Source: Aliivibrio fischeri ES114 | GTDB lineage: Bacteria; Pseudomonadota; Gammaproteobacteria; Enterobacterales; Vibrionaceae | DNA: 32,000 bases | NCBI RefSeq assembly: GCF_000011805.1 | Contig: NC_006841.2 | Reading direction: 5' to 3' (one strand) | In this document: piece after piece, positions 9,464 through 18,151 of the stretch | Layout of the letters: the number at the start of each line of letters is the position of its first letter | Position numbering within the stretch: position 1 is the stretch's first letter | Notes under the pieces: generated by a model | Database searches by the model: none | What the model was told of the DNA's origin: nothing | Seen by the model: the letters and a program-made list of their open reading frames with translations, nothing else | Program-made: the position numbers and the translations under genes

Positions 9464-12400
9464 ATGTTAAGTAAATTTTTTATTCACCGGCCTAAATTTG
9501 CATTAGTCATTTCATTGGTAATGACACTAATGGGCTTAATTGCACTAAAAGTATTACCAATAGCAGAATACCCGGCTATTTCACCAACAGTAATTATTGT
9601 AAATACCGTTTACCCTGGAGCGAATGCGGATGTAGTAAAAAAAACTGTCGCACAACCTTTAGAATCGAAGATCAATGGTGTAGAAGACATGATTTATATG
9701 TCTTCAAACATTGGTAATGATGGTAGCTATAGTCTTCGAGTTTATTTCCGGATTGGTGCCGATGGTGACATGGCACAAGTTCGTGTTAATAACTTAGTAT
9801 CACAAGCAACGTCAACCCTTCCACCCGAAGTGAAACAAATTGGGGTAACGGTGCGTAAAAAATCATCCGATATTTTAGGTGTTGTCACCCTTAGTTCGCC
9901 AAATAAAACTTACGACAGTATTTATTTATCAAACTACGCTGATCTTAACCTTGTCGAACGATTAAAACGCCTTGAAGGCATGAGTGACATCACCTTACTT
10001 GGTAAAAAATCATACTCTATGCGTATTTGGTTAAATCCAAATAAAATGAGTACGCTAAACTTAACAGCCAAAGATGTTATTAGCGCAGTTAAGTCACAAA
10101 ACATTCAAGTTGCAGCAGGGAAAATTGGTGGCATGCCAGCTCCTGATCAACAACAAAACCAGTATGTTTTACAAACCAAAGGGCGATTAACCTCAACCGA
10201 TGAATTCGCAAATATTGTTATTAGGGCGAATAAAGATGGTTCAATTATTCGTTTGTCGGATGTGGCTCGTTTAGAGCTTGGAGCACAAGGTTATGAAGCT
10301 GATGGTCAATTAAACAATCAACCCGCAGCCGTTATGGCTCTGTATCAACTGCCAACCGCTAATGCTCTTGATGCTATGAGCAAAGTGAAAGCTGCCATGA
10401 AAGAGTACAGCAAAACCTTTCCTGATGATTTGGAATATAACATTGCTTATGACTCCACAGAATATGTTGAAGCCTCTATTGATGAAGTGTACGAAACATT
10501 AATTATTGCCGCTTTGTTAGTTGCGATTGTTGTGTATGTTTTCCTTCAAAACTTACGAGCTACCGCCATCCCTATCATTGCTATTCCAGTCTCGATTATT
10601 GCAACATTTGCGGTAATGAGCCTAATGGGAATGACAATAAACACCATTTCACTTTTTGGTTTAATACTCGCTATTGGTATTGTGGTTGATGATGCGATTA
10701 TCGTTGTAGAGAACGTTGAACGTATCATTCACGAAAAACACATGAAGCCTATCCCTGCAACCATTGAGGCGATGAAAGAAGTAACAGGTCCAGTTCTTGC
10801 CACAACGTTAATTTTGCTTGCAGTGTTTGTGCCTGTTGCCCTACTTCCTGGTATTTCAGGAAAAATGTTTAACCAGTTTGCGGTAACCATCTGTGTATCG
10901 GTATTAATCTCAGCCATTAACGCCTTAACTTTGTCACCTGCACTATGTGGGTTAATCTTAACGGATAAACACAGTGAACCGATTGCGCCACTTAGAGCTT
11001 TTAACCGCGGATTTGATGCTGTAACGAAAAAATACCAATTTCTTGTTGGCTTTATGAGTCAACGTCTCTTGGTATCAAGTGTTATCTACATCGCCCTTAT
11101 TGGCGTTTTAGGTTACACCTTTATGACCATTCCAACAGCCTTTGTTCCTAATGAGGATAAAGGGGCGTTTATGGTGGAAATGCGACTACCAGATTCTGCA
11201 TCATTACAACGTACCATTCCTATTCTGCAAGATTACACACGTGATCTTTTAGAAATGGATGGCGTCGAAGATGTGGTTTCTGTTAGTGGATTCTCTTTAA
11301 TTAACATGTCTGCAATCCCTAACGCAGGGATGCTTATCATTAAACTAAACAATTGGGATGACCGTAAAGACCCTGCTCTGCACCAAAAAGCATTAATGAA
11401 TAAAGTTCGACAAATGCTAAACACCATTCCAAACGCTAATGCTCTGGTTTTTGCCACCCCAGCTATTCGTGGCATGGGTTCTGTTGATGGCTTTAACTTT
11501 GTTCTAGAAGATAATCTAGGACGATCACCACAAGAGTTAGCACAAACTACGCAAAACTTTGTTGCTAAAATAAATCAATTGCCTGAAGTTGCGCGCGCTT
11601 TTTCTATTTTTAGAGCCAACGTACCGCAACGTTTCATCGATGTTGATAGAGATAAAGCAATATCAATGGGGATCCCACTTAACGATATTTTCCAAACGTT
11701 ACAATCTCAACTGGGTGGTGCGTACATCTCTGATTTCAATATCTATGGACGATCTTTTCAAGTAAAGGTACAAGCTGAACAAGAGTATCGAGACAGCACC
11801 GATGACATCAATAACCTATATGTACGAAACAACACAGGGAAAATGGTGTCATTAGGAACCTTAGTGAAGATAAAGCCAATATTTGGCCCTGATTCACTCA
11901 TGAATTACAACTTATTTGGTTCTGCTACCATTAATGGTGTTCCGGCATCAGGTTACAGCTCTGGTGATGTTGTAAAAGCCATTGAAAAACTCGCAGAAAA
12001 TGAACTGCCTAAAGGGTATTCATTTGAATGGTCAGGAATGACATATCAAGAGCTAGAGGCAGGCAATGCCGCTCCTGTTGCCTTCGCTCTATCTCTCTTA
12101 TTTACTTATCTGTTCTTAGTTGCTCAATATGAAAGTTGGAGTATTCCGACAGCTGTTATGATGGCAGTTCCTATTGCTATTTTAGGCGCGATGGCAACCC
12201 TATTCGCTCTTGGCCAACCTTTCGATTTATACGTTCAAATTGGTATCGTCATATTGATTGGTATGTCAGCCAAAGTCGCTATATTAATCGTTGAATTTGC
12301 CAAAGTGCTAAGAGAAGAGAAAGGCTATTCAATTATTGAGGCAGCTAAAGAAGCAGCTCGATTGCGTTTTCGAGCTGTTCAAATGACCGCTTTTGCATTT

Positions 12401-12577
12401 ATTTGGGGAGTTTTCCCTCTGGTTATTGCATCCGGTGCAGGTGCTGAATCTCGTCATTCATTGGGATTTGCAGTATTTGGCGGCATGATCCTCTCAACAT
12501 TGATAGGCACAATCTTTACACCTGTCTTTTTTGTGACAATGCAGAGTTTAAGAGAGAGATTCAATCCTAAAAAATAA
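9464..12577 (+). CDS. RND multidrug efflux permease (AcrB/HAE1 family)
   Basis: 1037 aa. Canonical N-terminus FFIHRPKFALVISLVMTLMG, motif GIVVDDAIIVVENVERI, 12-TM and two-large-loop architecture. Confidence 0.95.
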   Translation: MLSKFFIHRPKFALVISLVMTLMGLIALKVLPIAEYPAISPTVIIVNTVYPGANADVVKKTVAQPLESKINGVEDMIYMSSNIGNDGSYSLRVYFRIGADGDMAQVRVNNLVSQATSTLPPEVKQIGVTVRKKSSDILGVVTLSSPNKTYDSIYLSNYADLNLVERLKRLEGMSDITLLGKKSYSMRIWLNPNKMSTLNLTAKDVISAVKSQNIQVAAGKIGGMPAPDQQQNQYVLQTKGRLTSTDEFANIVIRANKDGSIIRLSDVARLELGAQGYEADGQLNNQPAAVMALYQLPTANALDAMSKVKAAMKEYSKTFPDDLEYNIAYDSTEYVEASIDEVYETLIIAALLVAIVVYVFLQNLRATAIPIIAIPVSIIATFAVMSLMGMTINTISLFGLILAIGIVVDDAIIVVENVERIIHEKHMKPIPATIEAMKEVTGPVLATTLILLAVFVPVALLPGISGKMFNQFAVTICVSVLISAINALTLSPALCGLILTDKHSEPIAPLRAFNRGFDAVTKKYQFLVGFMSQRLLVSSVIYIALIGVLGYTFMTIPTAFVPNEDKGAFMVEMRLPDSASLQRTIPILQDYTRDLLEMDGVEDVVSVSGFSLINMSAIPNAGMLIIKLNNWDDRKDPALHQKALMNKVRQMLNTIPNANALVFATPAIRGMGSVDGFNFVLEDNLGRSPQELAQTTQNFVAKINQLPEVARAFSIFRANVPQRFIDVDRDKAISMGIPLNDIFQTLQSQLGGAYISDFNIYGRSFQVKVQAEQEYRDSTDDINNLYVRNNTGKMVSLGTLVKIKPIFGPDSLMNYNLFGSATINGVPASGYSSGDVVKAIEKLAENELPKGYSFEWSGMTYQELEAGNAAPVAFALSLLFTYLFLVAQYESWSIPTAVMMAVPIAILGAMATLFALGQPFDLYVQIGIVILIGMSAKVAILIVEFAKVLREEKGYSIIEAAKEAARLRFRAVQMTAFAFIWGVFPLVIASGAGAESRHSLGFAVFGGMILSTLIGTIFTPVFFVTMQSLRERFNPKK

Positions 12578-12600
12578 TTGAAAACAATATACTCATTAAC

Positions 12601-12641
12601 AATAAACCTACAATTGTACTTTCATACTTTGTAGGTTTATT
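12601..12641 (+). terminator. Intrinsic terminator after the RND operon
   Basis: AATAAACCTACAA (12601-12613) pairs with TTGTAGGTTTATT (12629-12641), with a 15-nt loop and T-rich 3' flank. It covers the TTG (12640) that the ORF track uses as the next gene's start. Confidence 0.6.
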
Positions 12642-12675
12642 GATTGCTATCTTTATTATTTATCAGGCTTACATA

Positions 12676-13431
12676 ATGAAAATTAAACCCTTTATATTAC
12701 TATCTCTTCTCTTTTCATGCGGAGCTAATGCAGCAGGAACAGTAAAACCTAATTCAGAAAAACTGGCTGACGACCCCACCCGAGTCGTAACAGAGCTAGG
12801 AATTACCTACAGTGATAATTACGATACTAATTATGATAGCTGGTCGCTAACAGGGTCTATTGCATTCGATCCCGTACGAAAAATAAATATCAGATTAAAT
12901 GATGACCAAAGTGAATGGCGTGTTGGTGGATCATGGCTTTTTGATTTTGGTATCGTCAATTTTAATTTTGGTAAAAATGAATTTGATAACAAAAATACAC
13001 AAACAAACTATAGTGTAGGTACATTTGTTCCTTTGAGTTACTTCGGGTTTGAGCCTTTAGGTATTCAGATTTTTCCAACGATTGGTTACAACTACAACGA
13101 TGGCGAAGAAGTGTGTGATGTGAATAACCCTACAGGTAAATGCCTAGACAACACACCTACATTTGACGACCATTACATGATGGTTCCAACGAGCAATCAG
13201 AGCGGTTATGTTGGTGCTTTTGCATTAAAACCATTAAACCAAAAGCTAACATTAATGATGGCAACAGGAGCTGCAAAAGGCACGAATGATTACGATGCAT
13301 GGTGGTTATTCGGTGGTGTAAGTTACAAGCTCGCTGAAAAACAAACTCTTAGCACTTTCACTTATATGATTGATAATAGTTACGGTCAAGAAGAACGCTT
13401 CGGTATCACGTATAAATACACATTTGATTAA
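12676..13431 (+). CDS. Secreted protein, probable outer-membrane beta-barrel (family not recognised)
   Basis: Signal peptide MKIKPFILLSLLFSCGANA|AG. Alternating hydrophobic/aromatic pattern rich in G/Y/N/D. C-terminus FGITYKYTFD resembles an OMP beta-signal. Start moved to ATG 12676, downstream of the terminator. Confidence 0.6.
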   Translation: MKIKPFILLSLLFSCGANAAGTVKPNSEKLADDPTRVVTELGITYSDNYDTNYDSWSLTGSIAFDPVRKINIRLNDDQSEWRVGGSWLFDFGIVNFNFGKNEFDNKNTQTNYSVGTFVPLSYFGFEPLGIQIFPTIGYNYNDGEEVCDVNNPTGKCLDNTPTFDDHYMMVPTSNQSGYVGAFALKPLNQKLTLMMATGAAKGTNDYDAWWLFGGVSYKLAEKQTLSTFTYMIDNSYGQEERFGITYKYTFD

Positions 13432-13442
13432 TTAAATTTGTT

Positions 13443-13475
13443 TGTTAGATGACGCACAATACGCGTCATCTAACA
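13443..13475. terminator. Strong hairpin between convergent genes (probable bidirectional terminator, no clear U-tract)
   Basis: TGTTAGATGACGC (13443-13455) pairs with GCGTCATCTAACA (13463-13475): a 13-bp perfect stem with a 7-nt loop. It lies between the + gene ending at 13431 and the - gene ending at 13488. Confidence 0.5.
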
Positions 13476-13487
13476 CTTAACCTCAAT

Positions 13488-14285
13488 TTAGTTATTCAGC
13501 GTTTCTTTTATCTCATCTGAACTAAATCCATGAGAATATAAGTAAGCATAAGCTTTGCTTTTCTCTTTTGAATTGCTCAAATCAAAGCGTTTTTTATCTA
13601 ACCGTAATTGGCAGTTTTCATAAAAATCAATCGAACCATCCATTTCTAATTTTTCAATTTGTGCATCAAAGTTTGTAACATCAATCAGTTTTTGTTGAAG
13701 CTCTCGTTTAATTACGGACTTTCCTTTTAACTTACGAGCCAACTTTTCTATTTCTTTAACGATATCAGCTTTCTCTGCTTTGATTTGCATTTTAGAAGGA
13801 AGCGTTGATGCAATAGGATGAGACTTAATGACTTCTCTTACATCAGAGGATTTAAAGCCATATTTCAATAAGGTTGCATATAGCTTATCGCTTGAATACG
13901 AATCTAACGTCATATTACTTAAGCGATTGTTCAATATAGTAAATTCGCAAATTTCATCACGATTGACCAAATAATCAATCGCCTCATTTGCTATTGACTC
14001 ATTTATCCCTTTTTCTTTTAACTTAGATAAAATGAATTGACTCCCTTTTTCTGAATTGAATGCCATCTCAGCAAAATTAATAGCAAAATCCTTATCTGAT
14101 TTAAGGTAACCACGGCCAATAAGGTCAGATAAAACCGTATCAATCCATTCTTGATTATCCGTTTTTGCTTCTAGCTTTTTTCTCAATTCATCAATCGTAC
14201 GATCTTTTGCCTCAAGGTGATAAAAAGCACTACCATAAACGTTATCAATCGTTTTTGCTTGCTTAATGGGACGTTGAGTAAACAT
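13488..14285 (-). CDS. RecX-family-like protein (elongated, not linked to recA)
   Basis: Repeated RecX-type three-helix units: AFYHLEAKDRTIDELRKKLEAK...WIDTVLSDLIGRGYLKSDKDFAINFAE; SQFILSKLKEKGINESIANEAI; KLYATLLKYGFKSSDVREVI; KAYAYLYSHGFSSDEIKETL. GAGG RBS lies 6 nt upstream of ATG 14285. Confidence 0.55.
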   Translation of the reverse strand: MFTQRPIKQAKTIDNVYGSAFYHLEAKDRTIDELRKKLEAKTDNQEWIDTVLSDLIGRGYLKSDKDFAINFAEMAFNSEKGSQFILSKLKEKGINESIANEAIDYLVNRDEICEFTILNNRLSNMTLDSYSSDKLYATLLKYGFKSSDVREVIKSHPIASTLPSKMQIKAEKADIVKEIEKLARKLKGKSVIKRELQQKLIDVTNFDAQIEKLEMDGSIDFYENCQLRLDKKRFDLSNSKEKSKAYAYLYSHGFSSDEIKETLNN

Positions 14286-14390
14286 AAAAACCTCGAAGAC
14301 AATGAAATATCTACCGACTCTAAAGCACTTCGCCTTTGGTTACTACGACAAATTGAAAATACCTCTGATATATTGTCGTTAATTAAAATA

Positions 14391-14425
14391 AAAAGACTGT
14401 ACCTAATGATTTAATACAGTCTTTT
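14391..14425 (-). terminator. Intrinsic terminator of the NAD(P)H oxidoreductase gene
   Basis: AAAAGACTGTA (14391-14401) pairs with TACAGTCTTTT (14415-14425). On the - strand the stem is followed by TTTTATTTTAATT. It starts 9 nt after the stop at 14434. Confidence 0.65.
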
Positions 14426-14433
14426 AGTCACAG

Positions 14434-14991
14434 TTAATTAACCATAGATAATAGCTTGATCGCATGGCATTCAGAACGAACATTAATATCTTCAATCGAA
14501 CCATACATATCAGGGATATAAAGCATATTATGACTATAAACATAGTTAATATCTTTAACCTGACAATATCTCAACATTTGCTTTAATGGTTTTAACAGTT
14601 CATCTATTGTTAATGCGATTTCCTTTTCATTACCATACGCAGACTCTTGTCCACCAATCGTAAAAGAAAAAATAAACTGTTTATCTTTTAATTGCGCCCC
14701 CTTTTCACCACCAAACGCAAACCCATAGCAAATCACATCATCAATCCACTTTTTCATCAGAGCAGGGAATGAATACCAAAATAGAGGGAACTGAAAGATG
14801 ATGGTATCAGCCTGTAATAAAGCCTCTTGCTCCTGAATAACATTAAACTCAAAATGCGTATTTAAATCTTCGAGCTTTCTTATGTTTAGCTGACTTTCCA
14901 TAACGTTACTTTCTAAGTATTCAAGAATCGCTTTATTACTAATGGAACTTTCATGATTTGGGTGACCAGAAATAATCGTAATTTTCTTCAT
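14434..14991 (-). CDS. Flavodoxin-like-fold NAD(P)H dehydrogenase (quinone), KefG/MdaB-like
   Basis: N-terminus MKKITIISGHPNHESSISNKAILEYL plus DTIIFQFPLFWYSFPALMKKWID, typical of the Flavodoxin_2 family. AAGAGG RBS. Divergent from a LysR regulator. Confidence 0.8.
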   Translation of the reverse strand: MKKITIISGHPNHESSISNKAILEYLESNVMESQLNIRKLEDLNTHFEFNVIQEQEALLQADTIIFQFPLFWYSFPALMKKWIDDVICYGFAFGGEKGAQLKDKQFIFSFTIGGQESAYGNEKEIALTIDELLKPLKQMLRYCQVKDINYVYSHNMLYIPDMYGSIEDINVRSECHAIKLLSMVN

Positions 14992-15101
14992 TTTATCGCC
15001 TCTTATGTGGGTAAGTGAGTAGGATAAAATGAATATTTCACTTTGATAATATGGTATTGTTGGGCTTCACTTTTCCATTTATGGGATAATAAAAGGATTA
15101 A

Positions 15102-16010
15102 ATGATGAAGGAAGACTGGCTATTATTTGCAAAAGTCGCTCAGTATCAAAGCTTTTCAGAAGCGGCAAGACGCTTATCAACCCCTACAACAACAGTCAGT
15201 CGACGTATTCAACAACTGGAATCTCAACTAGGGGAAAGACTCTTTATTCGTAATACAAGATCAGTAACTCTAACTGAATTTGGCCAACGTTTATTGCCTA
15301 AGACTAAACTATTAGAAATGGCGCTAGAAGAGCTGCAATCAACAATTGAAAGTCACTCACAAGAAATCAGTGGTAAACTCAAGTTATCAACCTCTGATAC
15401 ATTGTCCCAATTTTTACTACCGAGTCTAATTAGCTCTTTTTCATCGCAGCATCCATTAATCAATTTTGATATTTCTTCCTCAAACAGAAATGAACAACTC
15501 CTTAATGAGAATATAGATTTTTCTTTTCGTATCGGACAACTGGAAGACTCAAACTTAATTGCATATAAACTCTGCGAGATAGAGTATGTGTTAGTCGCTG
15601 CACCTTCCTTTATTGAAAAGAGCACCATAGGCATCACTCCGGAAACACTAATTCAACATCCTTGCATCATTATCGATATCGATGGAAAAGAAGTCCCTTG
15701 GTTTGTATCAAGTGATGATCATGTATTAGAACTGACTACATATAAAAAGTATCGAGTTGATAATCTATTTATCGCCAAATCTTTAGCTGAATCAGGAAAT
15801 GGTATTACTTTATTGCCTAAGTTTGTCGCTAAAGAAGCAATAAAAACAAACACGCTCGTTACCGTATTAGATAATGTCAATATACAAAAAAATCCACTCA
15901 GTTTGATCTATTTTGACAAGCACTTTTTATCAGAAAAATCTAAGTGCTTTTTGAAGTACATTAAAGAGCAACGCTCCCATATAGAGAGCGTTATTAATCC
16001 AACTATATAA
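15102..16010 (+). CDS. LysR-family transcriptional regulator
   Basis: N-terminal wHTH FAKVAQYQSFSEAARRLSTPTTTVSRRIQQLESQLGERLFIRNTRSVTLTEFG, a ~300 aa LysR substrate-binding body, and classic divergent arrangement with the neighbouring gene. Confidence 0.9.
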   Translation: MMKEDWLLFAKVAQYQSFSEAARRLSTPTTTVSRRIQQLESQLGERLFIRNTRSVTLTEFGQRLLPKTKLLEMALEELQSTIESHSQEISGKLKLSTSDTLSQFLLPSLISSFSSQHPLINFDISSSNRNEQLLNENIDFSFRIGQLEDSNLIAYKLCEIEYVLVAAPSFIEKSTIGITPETLIQHPCIIIDIDGKEVPWFVSSDDHVLELTTYKKYRVDNLFIAKSLAESGNGITLLPKFVAKEAIKTNTLVTVLDNVNIQKNPLSLIYFDKHFLSEKSKCFLKYIKEQRSHIESVINPTI

Positions 16011-16013
16011 CAA

Positions 16014-16274
16014 TTAAATAAATTGTGCTTTTTTCACCGCATTAGCCTTTTCCAGTGAAGAGAGCACTTGATTTAACCGTTGAGGCGATAATTTCGTTTT
16101 CTCATAACTTACGGGGACAAAATCCCTTTGTTTATACGGAGTAAAATCTGAATACTCAGCACGACATTCATAATAACTTTTTACAATCGAATCTAATGAT
16201 ACATAGCCAAATCGTTGATAGGTTTTTTGCAGTCTCTCTTCGAACCGTCTTATTTTGCAATCTTTACTTATCAT
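16014..16274 (-). CDS. Hypothetical small protein (86 aa)
   Basis: Only an ORF of reasonable length in otherwise non-coding space. No recognisable motif and no clear Shine-Dalgarno upstream of ATG 16274. Confidence 0.4.
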   Translation of the reverse strand: MISKDCKIRRFEERLQKTYQRFGYVSLDSIVKSYYECRAEYSDFTPYKQRDFVPVSYEKTKLSPQRLNQVLSSLEKANAVKKAQFI

Positions 16275-16512
16275 AAAATTAAAAGATCATTGTGTGATCT
16301 GCTTACTCTCTTTTATTTATATGTGACACACAATTTGCCACATGAAAATAAAAGTCTCTTGAGCATTACTAATCATATATTTGAGAAGAATGCTAAGTAT
16401 CTATTCTTTCTTATTGATAAGTTGCTAATTTTGCCGCATTTCTTTATTTATGGAACTTATCATGGTATTGCTACTCAATAACCATAATCAATTCAATCAG
16501 CTAAGGCATAGA

Positions 16513-17229
16513 ATGAATCCTATTATTACAGTGAGTAGCGTATCAAAACACTATCCTGACTCGAATCAAGCTCAACAAGCCCTTGATAATATCAGCTTCA
16601 CTTTATCTTCTGGTCAAGTATTAGGCCTACTTGGACACAATGGTGCAGGAAAATCGACGCTTATCAATGCGCTTTTAGGTGCACATCGTTTTTCCGGCAA
16701 TATTACAATTAATGGCTTAGAGCCGATTGAAAACCACGCAGAGCTAATGAAACATCTAGCGTACATCTCAGATGTAAATGTGTTACCTGAGTGGATGACG
16801 ATAAAACAAATTTTGAAATATACATCAGGAGTTCATCCTTATTTTGACATTAATAAAGCCCTGTCTTTAATTACAAAAACGAACATTAAATTGGGCAGTA
16901 AAATCGGTAGCTTATCCAAAGGAATGAAAGTCCAAATTCACTTAGCCCTTGTTATCGCTACCAATGTAAAGGTACTTATTCTGGATGAACCCACTCTAGG
17001 CTTAGATTTGTTATATCGAGATAACTTTTATAACGACTTGATGGCGTGGTTTAATCAAGGAGAACGATGCTTAATTATTGCAAGTCATGAGGTTAATGAA
17101 ATTGAAAAACTGCTTACTGATGTTCTCATTCTTAAGCAAGGAAAATGTGTCAAGCTAGATAATATGAATAATATTCCAAAAGGAACGCTCGCCGATCTAT
17201 TTATCACTTTACAAAAGGAGGTAATATAA
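16513..17229 (+). CDS. ABC transporter ATP-binding protein
   Basis: Walker A GHNGAGKST, signature LSKGMKVQ, Walker B LILDEPTLGLD, H-loop ASHE. I prefer ATG 16513 (AAGG RBS) to the ORF-track start at 16450. Confidence 0.9.
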   Translation: MNPIITVSSVSKHYPDSNQAQQALDNISFTLSSGQVLGLLGHNGAGKSTLINALLGAHRFSGNITINGLEPIENHAELMKHLAYISDVNVLPEWMTIKQILKYTSGVHPYFDINKALSLITKTNIKLGSKIGSLSKGMKVQIHLALVIATNVKVLILDEPTLGLDLLYRDNFYNDLMAWFNQGERCLIIASHEVNEIEKLLTDVLILKQGKCVKLDNMNNIPKGTLADLFITLQKEVI

Positions 17230-18101
17230 TGCGCCCTTCTTTATATATGCTACAAAAAGAGTTAATCGAACATAAAACAGTAAGTCGTGTTCCACTGTTT
17301 ATTCTATTATGTGGTGTGGTGCTTTTTTTAAGCTTAATGATGAACACCAACTTACAAGATAACTTGTTTATTTCAGTACAAACTCAAGGAGATTTTACGC
17401 CTTTTTCTACTGAATTTTCAAACGATGTGCAAATCATGTTAAGTTTTATGGCAGGTATATTATCTCTTGCTTTAAGCACAACATATTTATCTAAAACCTT
17501 ACGCAAAGAACGTAACGAAGGAAGCTCCGCTTTTTGGCGCAGTATGCCTGTAACTAGTCAACATACTCACGCAGTTAAACTTACTTTCGGACTTATTGTC
17601 ATCCCACTAATTTTCTCTATTTTAGTGCTTATTGCTAACTTATGTTTATGGTTTATTAGCTTATCCAGTGATTCTGTTCTCGTTTTGTTGCATGAGCACT
17701 CATCGCTTCTTTACGTGATAACTAGCTGGTTTCAATTTTTAACTCGAATGCTATTAGTCAGTATTGTTATGTTGCCAATAGCAGGATTAATACTGGCCGT
17801 ATCTCAAGTGTCTAACTCACCATTAATTGTATTGTTCTTGGGTGGATATGCATTAAAGATATTATCTAATTGGGTACTAGGTTGGGATGGGATCTCTCAG
17901 TTTCTGTCTCATATATACCAAATACCAACGACCGTTTTATTATCACACAACCCATTAGTCAGTTTTGAACATGCTGGCATAGGTTTTTTAAGTCTATACG
18001 CTTTGCTTGGGGCTCTCGCTCTGTTTGTTAGTATTTCTTTATATCGAACAACAGAAATCTCGTGGCAATCATTAAACCCAAGTTGGTTGATTAAAAAATA
18101 A
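17229..18101 (+). CDS. ABC-2-type transporter permease (multi-pass membrane protein)
   Basis: About six hydrophobic helices. TAATG overlap with the ATPase gene stop and a strong AAGGAGG RBS (17215-17221) indicate translational coupling. Confidence 0.75.
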   Translation: MRPSLYMLQKELIEHKTVSRVPLFILLCGVVLFLSLMMNTNLQDNLFISVQTQGDFTPFSTEFSNDVQIMLSFMAGILSLALSTTYLSKTLRKERNEGSSAFWRSMPVTSQHTHAVKLTFGLIVIPLIFSILVLIANLCLWFISLSSDSVLVLLHEHSSLLYVITSWFQFLTRMLLVSIVMLPIAGLILAVSQVSNSPLIVLFLGGYALKILSNWVLGWDGISQFLSHIYQIPTTVLLSHNPLVSFEHAGIGFLSLYALLGALALFVSISLYRTTEISWQSLNPSWLIKK

Positions 18102-18138
18102 TAAATAAAAGGAGATCATATGATCTCCTTTTATTTAT
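18101..18138. terminator. Bidirectional intrinsic terminator (38-nt perfect palindrome)
   Basis: ATAAATAAAAGGAGATCA-TA-TGATCTCCTTTTATTTAT. The GC core is GGAGATCA/TGATCTCC, with A-run and T-run flanks on both sides. It lies between convergent genes ending at 18101 (+) and 18152 (-). Confidence 0.8.
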
Positions 18139-18151
18139 TATTCTATGATTT

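Noticed and set aside
520-11475. Antisense ORFs of 60-108 aa from the ORF track: 520-789, 972-1154, 3097-3294, 3668-3865, 4222-4455, 4616-4843, 5105-5431, 6103-6297, 6880-7080, 8845-9096, 10546-10728, 10729-10917 and 11233-11475. Also the sense-strand alternate-frame ORF 7138-7320.
   Set aside because: Each lies entirely inside a longer ORF with clear family motifs (anSME, DUF58, VWA proteins, BatD, RND adaptor and pump). None has a recognisable domain or RBS, and all have low-complexity composition typical of shadow ORFs.
14217-14414. 65-aa + strand ORF overlapping the 5' end of the RecX-like gene and its upstream region.
   Set aside because: It overlaps the better-supported - strand gene and runs into that strand's terminator hairpin. 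No RBS or motif.
15033-15052. ATATT-N10-AATAT dyad in the divergent NAD(P)H oxidoreductase / LysR promoter region, as a LysR T-N11-A box.
   Set aside because: It consists only of A/T in an AT-rich spacer, so it cannot be told from background without comparative or binding data.
15353-15637. 94-aa antisense ORF inside the LysR regulator gene.
   Set aside because: Shadow ORF inside a confidently identified LysR gene.
16215-16481. 88-aa + strand ORF spanning the 16275-16512 intergenic region.
   Set aside because: Low-complexity, F/L/I/Y-rich translation of AT-rich DNA. It overlaps the start of the 86-aa - strand ORF and runs into the ABC leader. No RBS.
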